DNA of 37,247 nucleotides from Planctomycetota bacterium (GCA_040375075.1 JBEITC010000003.1:1-37247); one strand, 5' to 3'; positions 19,750 through 29,459 are shown, numbered from the stretch's first letter. Made by a program: numbers and translations. The notes: generated by a model from the sequence alone, not told the origin.

Positions 19750-22700
19750 ATGAGCACCCCGTCCGATCGCCCGACCCCAGACGAACTGCGCGCCCGCGTG
19801 CAGGCCGTGGTCGCCGGTTGCATCGAGGCGATCGAACGCGGCGAGGTCGATCCGGCGCCGCGACTGTGCGGCGGCGACGACGAACTGCTCGCGCGCGTGC
19901 GGAAGCGTCTCGGGCAGCTCGCGACGCACGGACTGATCGCCGCGATCGATGCCGCGCCGACGCAGATCGGCCCGTACCGGATCGTGCGCGAACTCGGCAG
20001 CGGCGGCATGGGCCGCGTCTACCTCGCCGAACAGGAAGCGCCGATGCGCCGCGAGGTGGCGCTGAAGGTCGTGAAGGCCGGCCTCGACACCCGCGAGGTG
20101 CTTGCCCGCTTCCAGGCCGAACGACAGACGCTCGCGCGCATGAGTCACCCTGGCATCGCACAGGTCTTCGACGCCGGCGTGACCGCCGAAGGCCGGCCTT
20201 ACTTCGCGATGGAGCACGTGCCTGGCGAGACGCTGACCGCGTATTGCGATCGCCGGCGGCTCGACGCGGCGGCGCGCGCACAGCTGGTCGCGACGATCTG
20301 CCGCGCCGTGCAGCACGCGCACGACCGCGGCTTCATCCACCGCGACCTGAAGCCCGGCAACGTGCTGGTCATCGAGCATGAAGGCGCGCCACTGCCCAAG
20401 GTGATCGACTTCGGCGTAGCCAAGGCGGCGCTGGGCGGCCAGGACGACGAGGCGCGCACGGACAGCCTGCGGACGCGCGAAGGCCAGGTGCTCGGCACGC
20501 CCGAGTACATGAGCCCGGAGCAGATGGCGCTCGACGGCGGCGACGTCGACACCCGCACCGACGTCTACGCGCTTGGCGTGACGCTCTACGAACTTTTGAG
20601 CGGCGCGCTGACATTCGCCTCCCAGCGACTGCGGCGCGCCGGCTGGCGCGAAGTCGAAGCGATCGTGCGCGACGAGACGCCGCCACCACCAAGCAAGCAG
20701 GCCGCCAGCGCCGCCGCAGTGATCGCCGAAGCGCGCGCGACGACGCCGGCGGCGCTGGCGCGCGAGCTGGCCGGCGAACTCGACTGGATCGCCGGCAAGG
20801 CCTTGGCGAAGCGCCGTGACGAGCGCTACCCATCGCCGCTCGCGCTCGCCGAAGACCTCGAACGCTGGCTGCGTCACGAGCCGGTCGATGCCGCGCCACC
20901 GGGGCGCGGCTACCGTCTGCGCAAGTTCGTGCGGCGCCACCGCATCGCCGTCGCCGCCGGCGCGGCGGTGTTCCTGGCGCTCGCCATCGGACTCGGCGTC
21001 AGCGTGCTCGCGACGGCGCGCGCCGAGGAAGCGCGCGCGCGCGAAGCGGCGGCGCTCGGCGACATGCGCGTCTACTTCGACCTCGCCCGCGACGCGGTCG
21101 GCAACCTCGTCGACGTGGCCAACGAACAGCTGCTCGACGTGCCGCAGGCCGAGCCCGCGCGGCGGCGGATGCTCGGCGACGCCCTGGCGTTCTACGAGGC
21201 GCTGCGCGCGCGCCAACCCGACGATCTCGGGCTGCAGCGCGAACGCCTCGCCGCGCAACAGCGGATCGCGCGCCTGCAACGGCAGCTCGGTCAGCCCGCG
21301 GACGCGCTCGCCACGGCGGACGCCTGCGCCGAGGAACTCCGGCGGGTGCAAGCGAGCGCCGCGGACGATCCCGCCGTCGCGGCGCTGGCAATCGAGACTG
21401 CGACCGTTCGGGCTTCGGCCCTCGACGCGCTCGGCCGCACCGGCGAGGCGCGGGCCGCGTTGCAAGCCGCCGTCGACGGCCTGGACGCCACGCCGCTCAC
21501 CGCCATCGACGGCGAACGCGCCCGCCTGCTCGCCAACCTGGCGACGCACCACCAGGACGATCCGGCGACAGCCATCCGGCTCTACGAAGACGCGCTCGCC
21601 GCCCTCGACCGGAGCGGCGAGCACGACGACGACGCGGTGCGCACGCGCGCCGCGATCGCCAACGACCTCGCCGTCGCCTTGACGCGCGTCGACCGGGTCG
21701 ACGACGCCGACCGGTTGCTGACCGACGCGGCCGCGCGCACGCGGCAACTCGCACGCGGTGGCGCCGCCGCCGCGCGCGAGTCCGAGGCGCGCGTGACCGA
21801 GGGGCGCGCTGCCGTGCTGCGTCGGCTGGGTCGGCTCGACGAGGCCGTGGTGGCCAACACGCAGGCCGCAGCCCTCTACGAAGGACTGGCGCGCGAGCAT
21901 CCCGACGTGCCAGCGCACCAGGACAGCGCCGCCGGCTGCTGGCACGTCGTCGCGCAAGACGAACTGTCGCGCAGTCGCTACGACGAAGCGCTCGGGGCGA
22001 GCGAGCGCGCCGTCGCTGCCCGCCGCGCGCTGAGCGAACGCTTCCCCTCGCTGCACCGGCTACAGATGCGCGCGGCGCGTTCGCTGTTGGCGAAGGCCGA
22101 CGTCGAGTTGCGCATCTGGCGGCATCGACGCGGCTCGCCCGACGCGGCGGCGCAGACCTTGCAGGCCGCCGTAGCGCTCGCCGACCGGCTGCGCGCCGCG
22201 CAACCCGACGACGTCGAGGTGACGATGACCTACTGCGCGATGCACAGCGCCGCGGGCAGCTTCGCGGCGGCGCAGGGCGATCTGGCGGCCGCGATCGACG
22301 CGCACGAACTGGCGCGCGCCGCCGGCGAGGCGACGCTCGCGCGGCACGGCGGCAACGCTGAACTGCGCAGCCAGCTGGCGACGATCGAGAACAGCCTGTT
22401 CCAGGCGCGCTATCTGGCCAAGGAACCGACGGTGGCGCTCGCGGCGGCAGAACGCGCGATGGAGCACTTGGAGGCCGGGTTGCGCGCTGACGCTCGCCAC
22501 ATCCCGCTGCGCGAGCTCTTCGCCGCGCTCGCTGGTCGCCTCGCGATCGCCCGGATGTCCACCGGCGACCTCGACGGCGGCCTCGAACTGCTGGAGGCGA
22601 CCTGCAAGCGGACAGACCGCGGCGACGATGCCCGCGAGCAGGCGGCGTTGCTGCTGAGCCAGACGGCCGAGGACATCGCCGGTCACGACCGCCGCGACGA

Positions 22701-23259
22701 ACTGCTCGACGCCGCGCGCCGCGTGCTGCGCGAACGGATCGCCGCCCGCGGCGACACGGCTGCGGCGTTGGCGCGGCCGATGCAGCTGGAGGGCGTGTCG
22801 GCGCCGGGATCCCGGCTGCGCGAGTTCGACCTGCGCGTCGCCTTGGGTCACCTCACCGAACAGTCTGGCGACGCGGGCGAACGAGCTCATGCCCTGGCGG
22901 CGGCACGCGCGCTGGCGGAGTCGATGCCGGGCCTCGATGTCGGCCGCCTGCGCAACCTCTACGTGCAACTGGGCGAGATCGCCTTGCAAGCCGGCGACGG
23001 CGAGGCCGCGGCGAACGCGGCACGCACGCTGATCGCGCGCGCCGGCGAGCACGGCGGGGCGAACTACGTCGCCGCGGCGCTCATGGCGGGAGCGGCGCCG
23101 CTGCTGGCAGAGGCGGCTGCCGCGGCGCTGCGCACCGAAGCGGCTCGTTGCCTGCAGCGCGCGGTGACGGACGGCGAAGTTCCCGCGGCGGCAGCCGACC
23201 AGCCGCGCTTCCACGTTCTGCGCGGCGAGCCGACCTACGACGGCTTGCTCGGTCGCTGA
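19750..23259 (+). CDS. Hanks-type Ser/Thr protein kinase with a TM helix and a long TPR-like C-terminus
   Basis: LGSGGMGRV, VALK, HRDLKPGN, DFG, GTPEYMSPE and DVYALG; TM IAVAAGAAVFLALAIGLGV; helical repeats. Confidence 0.95.
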   Translation: MSTPSDRPTPDELRARVQAVVAGCIEAIERGEVDPAPRLCGGDDELLARVRKRLGQLATHGLIAAIDAAPTQIGPYRIVRELGSGGMGRVYLAEQEAPMRREVALKVVKAGLDTREVLARFQAERQTLARMSHPGIAQVFDAGVTAEGRPYFAMEHVPGETLTAYCDRRRLDAAARAQLVATICRAVQHAHDRGFIHRDLKPGNVLVIEHEGAPLPKVIDFGVAKAALGGQDDEARTDSLRTREGQVLGTPEYMSPEQMALDGGDVDTRTDVYALGVTLYELLSGALTFASQRLRRAGWREVEAIVRDETPPPPSKQAASAAAVIAEARATTPAALARELAGELDWIAGKALAKRRDERYPSPLALAEDLERWLRHEPVDAAPPGRGYRLRKFVRRHRIAVAAGAAVFLALAIGLGVSVLATARAEEARAREAAALGDMRVYFDLARDAVGNLVDVANEQLLDVPQAEPARRRMLGDALAFYEALRARQPDDLGLQRERLAAQQRIARLQRQLGQPADALATADACAEELRRVQASAADDPAVAALAIETATVRASALDALGRTGEARAALQAAVDGLDATPLTAIDGERARLLANLATHHQDDPATAIRLYEDALAALDRSGEHDDDAVRTRAAIANDLAVALTRVDRVDDADRLLTDAAARTRQLARGGAAAARESEARVTEGRAAVLRRLGRLDEAVVANTQAAALYEGLAREHPDVPAHQDSAAGCWHVVAQDELSRSRYDEALGASERAVAARRALSERFPSLHRLQMRAARSLLAKADVELRIWRHRRGSPDAAAQTLQAAVALADRLRAAQPDDVEVTMTYCAMHSAAGSFAAAQGDLAAAIDAHELARAAGEATLARHGGNAELRSQLATIENSLFQARYLAKEPTVALAAAERAMEHLEAGLRADARHIPLRELFAALAGRLAIARMSTGDLDGGLELLEATCKRTDRGDDAREQAALLLSQTAEDIAGHDRRDELLDAARRVLRERIAARGDTAAALARPMQLEGVSAPGSRLREFDLRVALGHLTEQSGDAGERAHALAAARALAESMPGLDVGRLRNLYVQLGEIALQAGDGEAAANAARTLIARAGEHGGANYVAAALMAGAAPLLAEAAAAALRTEAARCLQRAVTDGEVPAAAADQPRFHVLRGEPTYDGLLGR

Positions 23260-23417
23260 GCCGGTAGCTGCGCCGTCACGATCAGGACGCGCGGCAACGC
23301 ACCTTGCCACCGGCGCGGAGCCCGCAGGTCAACTGGTCCGTCGTGTCCTGCGTGGTCGCGATGGCGGCCACCCTTGGCGATCTGGCGGCCCGTCACCCGC
23401 GACTTCGTCTCAGGGGC

Positions 23418-23966
23418 TCATCGCACCCAGCGGGCGAGCGCCGGCTCGAGGCGCAGCGCCCATTCCGCGCGCGGCGTGCGCTCGCGTTCGAGCGCCTCGA
23501 AGCGCGCCAGCCAGTCGAGCTGGTCGTCGGCCGGGACCTCGGCGTCGCAGAGCGGGAAGAAGGCCGACTCCTCGCGCTCGGCGAGACGGCGCAGGCGCGC
23601 GCAGACGGCGTCGACCGTGTCCGCGAACCCGCGGCGCTCGTCGGCGCCGAGATCGTCGGTCGGCTCCCAGAACAGCACGAGCGAATGGACCAGCTCGGTG
23701 ACCTCGTCGTGCAGACGGAAGACCTCGCCGACTTCGGCGGCGACGTCGTCGCTGCCGTGCATCGCCGCGGCCGGGCAGACGAGTTCGGCTTCCTTGCGCA
23801 GGTGCACCGCGACCACGAACTCGCGCAAGAACCGGATCAACAGCGCCGAGTCCGCGGCCGGCAGCGGCGCGCCCGCCCGCACCTGCGCGGCGACGGCGCT
23901 GAGCGCCGCGAGGGACCTGGCCACGAGGGCATGGTCCGACCGCAGGTTGTCCGTCGGGCGCTTCAT
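23418..23966 (-). CDS. Hemerythrin/HHE-like domain protein with degenerate ligands
   Basis: PTDNLRSDH, VHLRKEAELVCP, RLHDE and REESAFFP spacing of the HHE fold. Confidence 0.75.
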   Translation of the reverse strand: MKRPTDNLRSDHALVARSLAALSAVAAQVRAGAPLPAADSALLIRFLREFVVAVHLRKEAELVCPAAAMHGSDDVAAEVGEVFRLHDEVTELVHSLVLFWEPTDDLGADERRGFADTVDAVCARLRRLAEREESAFFPLCDAEVPADDQLDWLARFEALERERTPRAEWALRLEPALARWVR

Positions 23967-24097
23967 TCGGCGGGGTACGGCGACACGGCGTCGCATGCGG
24001 GGAGGGCAATCGCGCGGCGTCCGCAAGATTTCGACCTGCGCCTTGGAGCGGAGCAGACGACCGCAACGGGGCCACCCTAACTTTTGACGAATGGGGG

Positions 24098-24125
24098 TTG
24101 ACCGGTGCAAACTTTTCCCTAACCT
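24098..24125 (+). promoter_or_regulatory. Putative sigma70 promoter for the small ORF and lexA
   Basis: TTGACC-N16-TAACCT in a locally AT-rich stretch. Confidence 0.55.
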
Positions 24126-24153
24126 TGGGGGCAACACAAGCCGAACAACGACC

Positions 24154-24390
24154 ATGAACTTCGCCCGTACGAACCTCAGCCTGTTGCTCGCCCGCCAGAA
24201 CCGCCAGCCCCTCCGCGGCGCCGCTGCGCCCTGCCGGTTGCCCACCACCCGCGTCGTGGCGGCCCCCATCTTTGCGCCGGCGGCAGCAGTGCCCGCCTCG
24301 CCGGCGGCGATCCCGCTCCGCCAGGCCCTCGAGGTCGCCGGCGCGCTGGCCATGATGGCAGCGTTCTTGGTTCTGGCCCTGTTCGGGTAA
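24154..24390 (+). CDS. Small (78 aa) protein with a C-terminal transmembrane helix
   Basis: Fills the gap between the promoter and lexA; basic N-terminus; hydrophobic end ALEVAGALAMMAAFLVLALFG. Confidence 0.55.
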   Translation: MNFARTNLSLLLARQNRQPLRGAAAPCRLPTTRVVAAPIFAPAAAVPASPAAIPLRQALEVAGALAMMAAFLVLALFG

Positions 24391-24432
24391 GCTGCCGGCC
24401 GCCCGCAGGGGCTGACCGAACCCAAACCTTCC

Positions 24433-24447
24433 GAACGAAGCTCGAAC
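24433..24447 (+). promoter_or_regulatory. Candidate LexA operator GAAC-N7-GAAC
   Basis: GAACgaagctcGAAC ends 11 nt before the lexA ATG. Confidence 0.4.
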
Positions 24448-24458
24448 TGGAATCCAAC

Positions 24459-25085
24459 ATGAAGCTGATGCTTACGGAGAAGCAGATTCGCGTGCTGCGG
24501 TACTTCCGCGACTACCGGCGCGAGAAGGGGATCGCACCGACTCTCGACGAGGCGGCCCAAGCGCTCGGCGTCAGCAAGATCACGATCCACGAGCACCTCA
24601 ACCAGCTCACCAAGAAGGGCGCGATCCACCGCGACCGGGCCAAGGCGCGTGCCGTCGCGATCCTGCACGACCCCGACGCGGTCGAGACGACGACGGTCGC
24701 CACCGCAGTTCCGACGCTGCCGCTCGTCGGCCGCATCGCTGCCGGCAGCCCGATCGAGGCGATCGAAGACCGCGAGGACGTCAGCCTGACCGAGCTCGTG
24801 CCGACCGGCGACAACATGTACATGCTGCGGGTCCGCGGCAAGTCGATGATCGAGGACCACATCGACGACGGCGACCTCGTCGTCGTCGAGCGGCGCGAGA
24901 CGGCGAAGGACGGCGACATCGTCGTCGCGATCCTCGAAGACGAGGTCGCGACGCTGAAGCGTTTCTACCGCGAGCCCAACGGCATGATCCGGCTGCAGCC
25001 CGCCAATGCGGCGATGGAGCCGATCTTCACGTCGCGCGTGCAGCTGCGCGGCGTCGTCCGCGGCGTGATCCGCCGCTTCCGCTGA
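24459..25085 (+). CDS. lexA: SOS repressor LexA
   Basis: Winged HTH (LTEKQ...PTLDE), Ala-Gly cleavage site (GRIAAGSP), catalytic Ser (GKSM) and Lys (TLKR). Confidence 0.96.
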   Translation: MKLMLTEKQIRVLRYFRDYRREKGIAPTLDEAAQALGVSKITIHEHLNQLTKKGAIHRDRAKARAVAILHDPDAVETTTVATAVPTLPLVGRIAAGSPIEAIEDREDVSLTELVPTGDNMYMLRVRGKSMIEDHIDDGDLVVVERRETAKDGDIVVAILEDEVATLKRFYREPNGMIRLQPANAAMEPIFTSRVQLRGVVRGVIRRFR

Positions 25086-25159
25086 AGGCGCAGCCCTCGA
25101 ACGGGCGCCGCGACCACGACGCATCCCGACGTACCACCTGACGCACACCCTGACGCGGC

Positions 25160-25432
25160 ATGACCGACCAAGGCGCCCAGCCACCGGGCCACAAGACCGA
25201 CGGGCCATTCGTCACCGACTGTGCCGCCGGCAAGCACGCGTGGTGCCGCTGTGAACGCAGCGCCCGCTACCCGCTGTGCGATGGCTCACACCGCGCGCTC
25301 GTCGGTCCCGATGGCGCGCCAACGGTGACCCCGCTGAAGGTGACCTTCGACACGCCGCGGCGCGTCGCGTGGTGCGCGTGCGGCAAGACCGGCAACGCAC
25401 CGTTCTGCGACGGTTCGCACGCGCGTCGCTGA
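25160..25432 (+). CDS. CDGSH iron-sulfur domain protein with two motifs (MiNT/CISD3-like)
   Basis: WCRCERSARYPLCDGSH and WCACGKTGNAPFCDGSH. Confidence 0.93.
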   Translation: MTDQGAQPPGHKTDGPFVTDCAAGKHAWCRCERSARYPLCDGSHRALVGPDGAPTVTPLKVTFDTPRRVAWCACGKTGNAPFCDGSHARR

Positions 25433-25470
25433 GTCCGCCGCGCACGGAGCGGCTGTTGCCGCGCCGCCGG

Positions 25471-25634
25471 GCGGGCCTCGCCGCGCGCAGAGCGGGTCTC
25501 GCCGTGCGCGGAGCGGGTCTCGCCGTGCACGGAGCGGGTCTCGCCGTGCACGGAGCGGGTCTCGCCGCGCGCAGAGCGGGTCTCGCCGTGCACGGAACGG
25601 GTCTCGCCCTGCGCGGAGCGGGTCTCGCCGCGCC
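25471..25634. repeat. 21-bp tandem repeat, about 7.8 copies
   Basis: Consensus GCGGGTCTCGCCGTGCACGGA; units start at 25471, 25492, 25513, 25534, 25555, 25576, 25597 and 25618; no spacers. Confidence 0.95.
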
Positions 25635-25636
25635 AG

Positions 25637-27433
25637 CTATCGCGACGGCGGCGGTGGCGCGGGCGGTGGCGCGGGCGGTGGCGCGGGCAACCACGCTGTG
25701 AGCAGGGCCTTGGCAGCCGATGGCGCCTCGGCGTCGACTTCGATCGCCGCCGTGCCAGGCGAGGCCTGCGGCGTGGCGACGAGACGCGTCACGACGCCGC
25801 GCCGCGCCAGCAGCAGCTCGACGGGTTTGCCGACCTTGGCGACCGCCGTCCACGTCTCGGCCCAGCGCGCGGAATCGACGCGCAGCGAATCGACCGCGAG
25901 CAGCTCATCGCCCGGGTGGACGCCCGCTTCGTAGGCCGGCGACCCGCGCGACACCGAGCCGACGATCATCGCTGCGCCTTCGAAGTGCACGCCGAGGTAG
26001 GGACGGTCCGCGTCGCGGAAGGCCAGCTTCAACCCGAAGGCCGCGAGCAGCTCCGCGAGCGGCGGGTCGAGGCGATCGGCGACGAGCGCCTCGAGCATCG
26101 CCACCGCATCGGCCCCGGCGACCTCGGTGAGCGCCGCATGCACGTCTGCGATCGTGTACCCGCGACCGGCGCCGAACGTCGCCGCGTGGAGCCGGCGCAA
26201 CACGTCGTCGAGCGACGCACTGCCACCCGTCGCGCGGCGGATCCAGAGGTCGAGGCACATCGCCGCGACTGCGCCGTTGCCGTAGTAGTTCTGCGACGAG
26301 TTGCGCGTGTTCTCGTCAGGCCGATAGAGACGGATCCACGCGTCGAAGCTCGACTCGCGCAGGCTGAGCCGGAAACGACCCGGCGCGGCGAGCATTCCCT
26401 GCACGTTCTTCGCCGCCGTCTCGAGGTACTGCTTGCGCGTGGACACGCCGGCGCGCAGGCAGAGCAGGTCGTCGTAGTAGGCGGTCCAGCCTTCGGCGAG
26501 CCACAAGAACTGCGTGCAGTTCTCGCGCTCGTAGTCGTAGTCCCAGAACTCCGCCGGACGCATGCGCTTGACGTTCCACGCATGGAAGTGCTCGTGCGCC
26601 GCGAGCGACACGAACTCGCGGTAGCCGGCTTCGCTGGCCAGCGCGGCGCGCCCCATCAACAACGTCGTCGACGCAGCGTGCTCGAGACCGCCATGACCGT
26701 CGGCCGTGAACAGGCACTGGAACAAGTAGCTCGCGTACGGCAGCGGCCCGCCGAACACCGCTTGCGACTGCGCGACGATCGCGCGCAGGTCGGCGGCGAG
26801 CCGCGAGGGGACGGCGACCGGACCAAGGCCGTCGAACACGGCTTCGTGCGGCACGCCATCGACGTCGAAGGCCAACCGCTGCTGCAGCGGGGCGACGAGC
26901 GCCGGCGCGTCCATCGCGGCGTCGAGGTCGCTGGCGAGCAAGGTCGTCGCGCCTGGAGCGACGGATGCCCGCGGCAACGCGCACGCCACCTCCCACTCCG
27001 GCGGATGCTCGACGTGCAGGCGGGCTGACGCAGCGCGAGCGCCGACCGGCCACAGCAGCAGGCACGCGTGGTTCCAGTACGCATGCTCGTGCGTCAGGTC
27101 GGCCGTGCGCACGCTGAGTTCGTGCGCGTACACCGTCCAGGCGACGACGATGCGCCGGTCGGGCGCGCAGCCGCCGACCCGGAAACGGTTCTTGGCGACC
27201 TTCTCGACCGGCAACGCCGCCCCCGTGACGGCGTCGTGGGCCGTCACCCGCGACAGGTGGCGGCTGTACTCGCGGATCAGGTAGCTGCCCGGCGTCCAGG
27301 TCGGCAAGAACAGGTCACAGGACCCGACGTCCGCGACGGCCCCGGCAACGGCGCTCGGGGTGAAGGCCAACTCGATGCCGACCTCGCGGGTTGCGGGCCG
27401 GCGAACATCCAAGCGGTACTCGAGGGTCGCCAA
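25637..27433 (-). CDS. M61 family (glycyl) aminopeptidase with PDZ domain
   Basis: [41 protein letters not shown]; PDZ ([19 protein letters not shown]); TTG start. Confidence 0.93.
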   Translation of the reverse strand: MATLEYRLDVRRPATREVGIELAFTPSAVAGAVADVGSCDLFLPTWTPGSYLIREYSRHLSRVTAHDAVTGAALPVEKVAKNRFRVGGCAPDRRIVVAWTVYAHELSVRTADLTHEHAYWNHACLLLWPVGARAASARLHVEHPPEWEVACALPRASVAPGATTLLASDLDAAMDAPALVAPLQQRLAFDVDGVPHEAVFDGLGPVAVPSRLAADLRAIVAQSQAVFGGPLPYASYLFQCLFTADGHGGLEHAASTTLLMGRAALASEAGYREFVSLAAHEHFHAWNVKRMRPAEFWDYDYERENCTQFLWLAEGWTAYYDDLLCLRAGVSTRKQYLETAAKNVQGMLAAPGRFRLSLRESSFDAWIRLYRPDENTRNSSQNYYGNGAVAAMCLDLWIRRATGGSASLDDVLRRLHAATFGAGRGYTIADVHAALTEVAGADAVAMLEALVADRLDPPLAELLAAFGLKLAFRDADRPYLGVHFEGAAMIVGSVSRGSPAYEAGVHPGDELLAVDSLRVDSARWAETWTAVAKVGKPVELLLARRGVVTRLVATPQASPGTAAIEVDAEAPSAAKALLTAWLPAPPPAPPPAPPPPSR

Positions 27434-27510
27434 GGCGGTGCTGCCTGGGAGGCTGGGGACCCGGCGCCGGCGCCCCGGGCGGAGTGCCGCGCGGGCAGAT
27501 TGTGGAAAAC

Positions 27511-27587
27511 TGGCGCGCCCGAGAGGATTCGAACCTCTGACCTGCGGCTTCGGAGACCGCCGCTCTATCCAGCTGAGCTACGGGCGC
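27511..27587 (-). tRNA. tRNA-Arg(CCG)
   Basis: 77 nt GCGCCCGTAGCTCAGCTGGATAGAGCG...CTCCGAA...GGTTCGAATCC...GCGCGCCA; anticodon CCG; encoded CCA. Confidence 0.97.
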
Positions 27588-27782
27588 GCGCCGGGGACCG
27601 TCTTACTCAGGCGACCGGGCGAACACAACGGCGGCAGGTGGCGGCGCGAAACGGTCCTGCGGATCCGCGTCCCCGTCGGCGGGGTGGTTGCGAAGTAGCG
27701 GATCCTTGGTTCAATCGGCGTTGCTCCCACGCGAAACCTCGCGATTCGCCGGATCTAGTGGGAGTTGCTCCGTCCCCTCCGC

Positions 27783-28667
27783 ATGTCGATCCGCATCGCA
27801 CTCTCGCTGTCGACGCTGTTCGTCGCCGCCACGCTCGCGTGGCCTGGCGCGGCGCGCGAAGTGCAGGCAACGACCGGCGACGCGTTGATGGACTCGGACG
27901 GCGACTTCCTGCCGGACAGTGTCGAGTGGTTGGCGCTCTCGAGCGCGGCCGACGCCGACACGGATGACGACGGCGCCGGCGACTTCGTCGAGTTCGTGCA
28001 GCGTGGTCTGCCGCGCCAGCAGAGCGCGGCGTTGCCGATCGACCACGAGATGCGCATGGTCGTCACGGGCCCGCAGCCCGGCGCCGCGAGCGACGCGACG
28101 TGGTTGCACATCTTCATCCGTCGAGCCGAGGTCGCCGCGCCGCTGACCGGATTCACCGCGTGGTTGGAGCTGCCGTTCCTGCCGGGCATGCGCGTGCCCT
28201 TCGATCCCTTCGCGTTGCCGGGCGCTGACTGCGCGCAGCGCGACGCCGGCGACGATGGCCAATGGCTGCGCTTCTCGGCGCCGTTCCTCGGCGCGTCGCT
28301 GCTGCAGAGCATCCTGCCGTGCAGCTTCCACGCCGAGGCCGTGATCGGCGGCCGCGTCGTCCAAAGCGGCGCCAAGGTCTTCAACGCGCAGGGCACGATG
28401 GCGACGCTGACCCGCTTCCGCGCCGCGGGGTACGCGGTACAGAGCCTCGCCGCGCCGGCCAACCCGGCGGGCACGACGTCGAATCGCGTCTGCGTGCTCG
28501 AACTGCAGGAGATCGGCACGGGACCGACCGGCGTCCTCTACAGCGTCGTCGACGCGGACTGCGAGGACTGCAACGAGCTCGAGTGCGTGCTGACGAACTG
28601 CGCCCAGTCGATCGGCTGGGTGATCAACGTGCCCGGCGGCTCCGGCACGTTGGGCGGCCCCAACTGA
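27783..28667 (+). CDS. Secreted hypothetical protein with acidic Ca-binding-type repeats and a Cys-rich tail
   Basis: Signal peptide; DSDGDFLPD and DTDDDGAGD repeats; DCEDCNELEC tail. Confidence 0.75.
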   Translation: MSIRIALSLSTLFVAATLAWPGAAREVQATTGDALMDSDGDFLPDSVEWLALSSAADADTDDDGAGDFVEFVQRGLPRQQSAALPIDHEMRMVVTGPQPGAASDATWLHIFIRRAEVAAPLTGFTAWLELPFLPGMRVPFDPFALPGADCAQRDAGDDGQWLRFSAPFLGASLLQSILPCSFHAEAVIGGRVVQSGAKVFNAQGTMATLTRFRAAGYAVQSLAAPANPAGTTSNRVCVLELQEIGTGPTGVLYSVVDADCEDCNELECVLTNCAQSIGWVINVPGGSGTLGGPN

Positions 28668-28793
28668 CCGTTCGTGGCTCGCACCGCGCGGCTCGCCGGT
28701 AGCGCCCCCCGTCCAGACCGCGTCGTCGCGTTGGCCTCACTCGGTCGAGCGTGCACTATCTTGCACCTTTCCCCGGCGGCTCCCCCTTTCCAC

Positions 28794-28823
28794 GGAACCT
28801 GAGGCGCGGCGGCGCCCGTCTGA
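28794..28823 (+). promoter_or_regulatory. Putative sigmaE-type autoregulatory promoter
   Basis: GGAACCT-N17-GTCTGA ending 6 nt before GTG 28830; spacer somewhat longer than the E. coli consensus. Confidence 0.5.
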
Positions 28824-28829
28824 ACAACC

Positions 28830-29459
28830 GTGGAACTATTGCGCGATCCTGACGCCGACCTCGTGGCCGCGTGCCGCGAGCCGGGCTCAGAGGGCTTCGA
28901 AGCTGCCTTCGAGCAGCTCTTCGCCCGCTATCGCGAGCGCGTCTACGCCATCGCCTTCCGCGTCGTCGGCAACGCCGTCGACGCGATGGACGTCGTCCAG
29001 GAGAGCTTCGCCCTGCTGTTCCGCAAGCTGCACGCCTTCCGCGGCGGCTCGCTGTTCAGCACGTGGCTGTTCCGCATCGTCGTCAACTGCAGCATCGACC
29101 ATCGCCGCAAGCGCGACGGCAGCGGCCGCGTGCGCGCGATGAGCCTCGATTCGGCCGAGGGCGTCGATCCGATCGACGAGTCGCCATCGCCCGAGCTGCA
29201 GGCGCAATCGGAGGAGCTCGGCGGCCAGGTCCAGCATGCGATCTCGCTGTTGAGCCCGAAGCTGCGCGCCATCCTCGCCCTGCGTTACCTCGAGGACATG
29301 TCCTACGACGAGCTCGCCGCGACGCTCGGCCTGTCGCTCGGCACCGTCAAGTCGCGGATGGCCCGCGCGCATCTCGCGCTCGAAGCCGTCGTCCGCAATC
29401 GCTTCCCGCATCTGGAACACGGCCTCGCCGACCGCGCGGCCACGGGAGACGCGGGATGA
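28830..29459 (+). CDS. ECF sigma factor, RpoE/SigW-like
   Basis: DAMDVVQE, FSTWLFRIVVN and MSYDELAATLGLSLGTVKSRMARA. Confidence 0.93.
   Translation: MELLRDPDADLVAACREPGSEGFEAAFEQLFARYRERVYAIAFRVVGNAVDAMDVVQESFALLFRKLHAFRGGSLFSTWLFRIVVNCSIDHRRKRDGSGRVRAMSLDSAEGVDPIDESPSPELQAQSEELGGQVQHAISLLSPKLRAILALRYLEDMSYDELAATLGLSLGTVKSRMARAHLALEAVVRNRFPHLEHGLADRAATGDAG

Noticed and set aside
23967-25208. Long N-terminal part of the 596-aa minus ORF
   Set aside because: Antisense to lexA; only the last 182 codons look like a real hemerythrin-like protein
25471-25634. CRISPR array or a coding heptapeptide repeat (HGETRSV)
   Set aside because: Units are contiguous with no unique spacers, there are no cas genes, and the overlapping ORFs conflict with the CDGSH gene
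27511-27587. tRNA as an integration site for an island
   Set aside because: No integrase or transposase, and no duplicated tRNA 3' end noticed in the window
27707-27726. Sigma54-like TTGG...TTGCT upstream of 27783
   Set aside because: GG-to-GC spacing is 13 bp rather than the required 10
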